From Candidatus Hermodarchaeota archaeon (GTDB lineage: Archaea > Asgardarchaeota > Hermodarchaeia > Hermodarchaeales > Hermodarchaeaceae): a stretch of DNA of 40,375 nucleotides. Positions 38,581 to 40,375 of this stretch are shown here, piece by piece (the stretch's first letter is position 1; each line of letters starts with the position of its first letter). The stretch covers positions 1 to 40,375 of the forward strand of contig JAEOTB010000023.1 of assembly GCA_016840065.1 (NCBI GenBank), read 5' to 3'. The position numbers were made by a program, and so were the translations under genes. Below the pieces are notes generated by a model, which made no database searches, was not told where the DNA came from, and worked only from the letters and a program-made list of their open reading frames with translations.

Positions 38581-38823
38581 TTAACCATAGAACATTTTCC
38601 CAAATACTACAAGGATTGGAGACAAAAGGAAACCGAGTCCAATACAAAGTGGCAACGCTTGTAGCCCAACAAAGAATAGATGAAGGTGTTGTTCTGGGGT
38701 CATCGTGGGTAATGTCCAACCCCTTGATGATGAGGTTAAAAGTACGATGATAAAGTCGAAAAGAAAACCGCAGAAGAGGCTTATCACGATATAGATAATC
38801 AAGTACTGAGGTAATTTTTCCAA
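38581..38823 (-). CDS. Small two-TM membrane protein (paralog family)
   Basis: AGGAGG SD before TTG 38823; SLFCGFLF..TPEQHLHL..LGFLLSPILV.FGK. Confidence 0.75.
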   Translation of the reverse strand: MEKLPQYLIIYIVISLFCGFLFDFIIVLLTSSSRGWTLPTMTPEQHLHLFFVGLQALPLCIGLGFLLSPILVVFGKMFYG

Positions 38824-38950
38824 TGTATGAGCCCTCCTTAACAGAATTGGAACACACATTCTTCAAAAAGGATTCGGAGAACTCTAGTATACCTTAATTT
38901 CGCGTGCAATCCTGAGGGTGTTTGCATGAATGATTGAGAGTTCCCGAGCC

Positions 38951-40222
38951 TTACGGTGTTCTCCGTCCCTGTTGTGCAACTAACCTGCCATTCTTGAAGA
39001 CTTTCTCCGCGAGGTTAATTCCGTAGTGATATGCGAAGTATCTATGGTCTAGGGCATCAAAAATCACGATATCTGCCACCTTCCCCACTTCGAGGGAGCC
39101 GATTTCGTGGGCCCGCTCGATTGAGTGAGCTGCATTTATCGTGGCGGCTGTAAGAGCTTCGGCTGCAGTCATCTTCATTCGGAGGATTGCCAGTGCTTGC
39201 ATCATCTGCATGGACTCGCACCAGTTTGCTGCGCTTACGTCTGTTGCCAATGCAACTGGTAACCCAGCATCAATGATTTCTCTCGCCTTTGCATATCTTC
39301 CAACATAACAGAACGGAGAAGTGGGTAAGAACACTCCCACGGTGCCGCTCTTTACAAGTGCCTTGATGTCTGCCTTTGGAGTGAAGATAAGGTGATCGGC
39401 TGAAATCACTCCTAGTTCCGCGCCGAGTTTTGCACCTCCGCTGTGTACAAGCCAATCCGCGTGGATACGCAGTTTCATCCCATGTTTTCTTCCTGCTTCT
39501 AGCATCCGTTTGGATTGGTCTAGATTGAAATATCCCTTTTCACAGAAGGCATCAGCGTACTCTGCTAGCTTCCTTTTACCTATTTCAGGAATCCATCTAT
39601 CTACGATGTCATCCGTCAACTCGTCTTTCCTTGTTTCATATTCAGGAGTGATGCCTTGAGCACAAAAGGTGGAAACCAAATCAATGGGGTGTATTTTATG
39701 TAGAGTTTGGATGATTTCCAGCTGCCTAAGCTCGCCCTCAAAGGTCATCTCGTACCCACTTTTCGCTTCAATGGTAGTTGTGCCATGAATGAGCATGGTA
39801 TCGAGGATACGAGCGGTCTTCCTAATCGTATCTTGAGTGCTCATCTCCGCTGTTTGCTTCAGGGTTGTCGGCATTCCTCCACCACGCTCCTTTATCTCAA
39901 GATAGGGAACACCTTCAGCAGACATCTGCTCTAGCTCATGAGCTCTTGACCCTGCGAAAATCAGGTGAACGTGGGGGTCGATAAGTCCTGGTGTGACTAG
40001 TTTTCCTGATGCGTCTATGCTTTCAAATCCTTTCTCAAGTTTCCCTAGTACTTCTCTTGTAGGTCCGACTGCAACGATTTTTCCGTCTTTGACGGCTACA
40101 GCTCCGTCGTGGATGATACCGATTTCCCTCATGTACTCCTTAACTCTCGGTTTGTTACTAGAACCCTTGAGTGTCACCAATTCATTGGCGTTGATGATGG
40201 CAAAATCCGCTTCAATAGACAT
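38951..40222 (-). CDS. hutI: Imidazolonepropionase
   Basis: PGLIDPHVH, GTTTIEAKSGY, DAFCEKGYF, IHAD, SADHL, ALATD, GSLEVGKVAD. Confidence 0.93.
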   Translation of the reverse strand: MSIEADFAIINANELVTLKGSSNKPRVKEYMREIGIIHDGAVAVKDGKIVAVGPTREVLGKLEKGFESIDASGKLVTPGLIDPHVHLIFAGSRAHELEQMSAEGVPYLEIKERGGGMPTTLKQTAEMSTQDTIRKTARILDTMLIHGTTTIEAKSGYEMTFEGELRQLEIIQTLHKIHPIDLVSTFCAQGITPEYETRKDELTDDIVDRWIPEIGKRKLAEYADAFCEKGYFNLDQSKRMLEAGRKHGMKLRIHADWLVHSGGAKLGAELGVISADHLIFTPKADIKALVKSGTVGVFLPTSPFCYVGRYAKAREIIDAGLPVALATDVSAANWCESMQMMQALAILRMKMTAAEALTAATINAAHSIERAHEIGSLEVGKVADIVIFDALDHRYFAYHYGINLAEKVFKNGRLVAQQGRRTP

Positions 40223-40246
40223 GATTACTCAACTCTTCCGTTCGTC

Positions 40247-40375
40247 TTAAACATCCAAGTACCTCTTTCGTTCCCAGGGATGTACAGTTGTACTATACTC
40301 CTTCCATTCCTTCCTCTTGATTTCAAGATATTTATCGAAGAAGGCGTGTCCCAGCGCATCTCTAAGAACTTCATC
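40247..40375 (-). CDS. glnA: C-terminus of a type I glutamine synthetase-family protein (partial)
   Basis: DEVLRDALGHAFFDKYLEIKRKEWKEYSTTVHPWERKRYLDV*. Confidence 0.85.
   Translation of the reverse strand, partial: DEVLRDALGHAFFDKYLEIKRKEWKEYSTTVHPWERKRYLDV

Overview
A gene-dense archaeal chromosomal segment, most likely from an Asgard archaeon. The lineage call is inferred from TFB, archaeal TIM and PolB1 together with a roadblock + small GTPase pair and an eL22-like ribosomal protein. Housekeeping and metabolic genes include thioredoxin, tpiA, mscL, an FAH-family enzyme, trmO, an oppBCDF peptide ABC transporter lacking a linked binding protein, a hydantoinase/oxoprolinase A/B pair, LysE, tmk, two ferritin-like genes plus hemerythrin, RIO kinase, fdhD, an ICMT-family methyltransferase, hutU, hutI and the 3' end of glnA. 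I saw no tRNA, rRNA, CRISPR array or transposase. Most notable observations: (1) an unannotated, highly structured ~160-220 nt candidate ncRNA with its own TATA box (19938-20158, minus strand), converging on a six-repeat beta-flower-like protein gene; (2) a PolB1-like polymerase with the proofreading domain cleanly deleted, a degenerate motif B and two PIP-like boxes; (3) a 25-aa leader ORF with a sequestered SD and an overlapping terminator ahead of the RIO kinase; (4) an OppC carrying two apparently nested beta-sandwich domains; (5) a GTPase-thioredoxin-roadblock cluster with a Cys in switch II; (6) a family of four small two-TM paralogs, one frameshifted; (7) an ArsC remnant and a missed 50-aa ORF. 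All family assignments come from motif recognition by eye, not from database searches.
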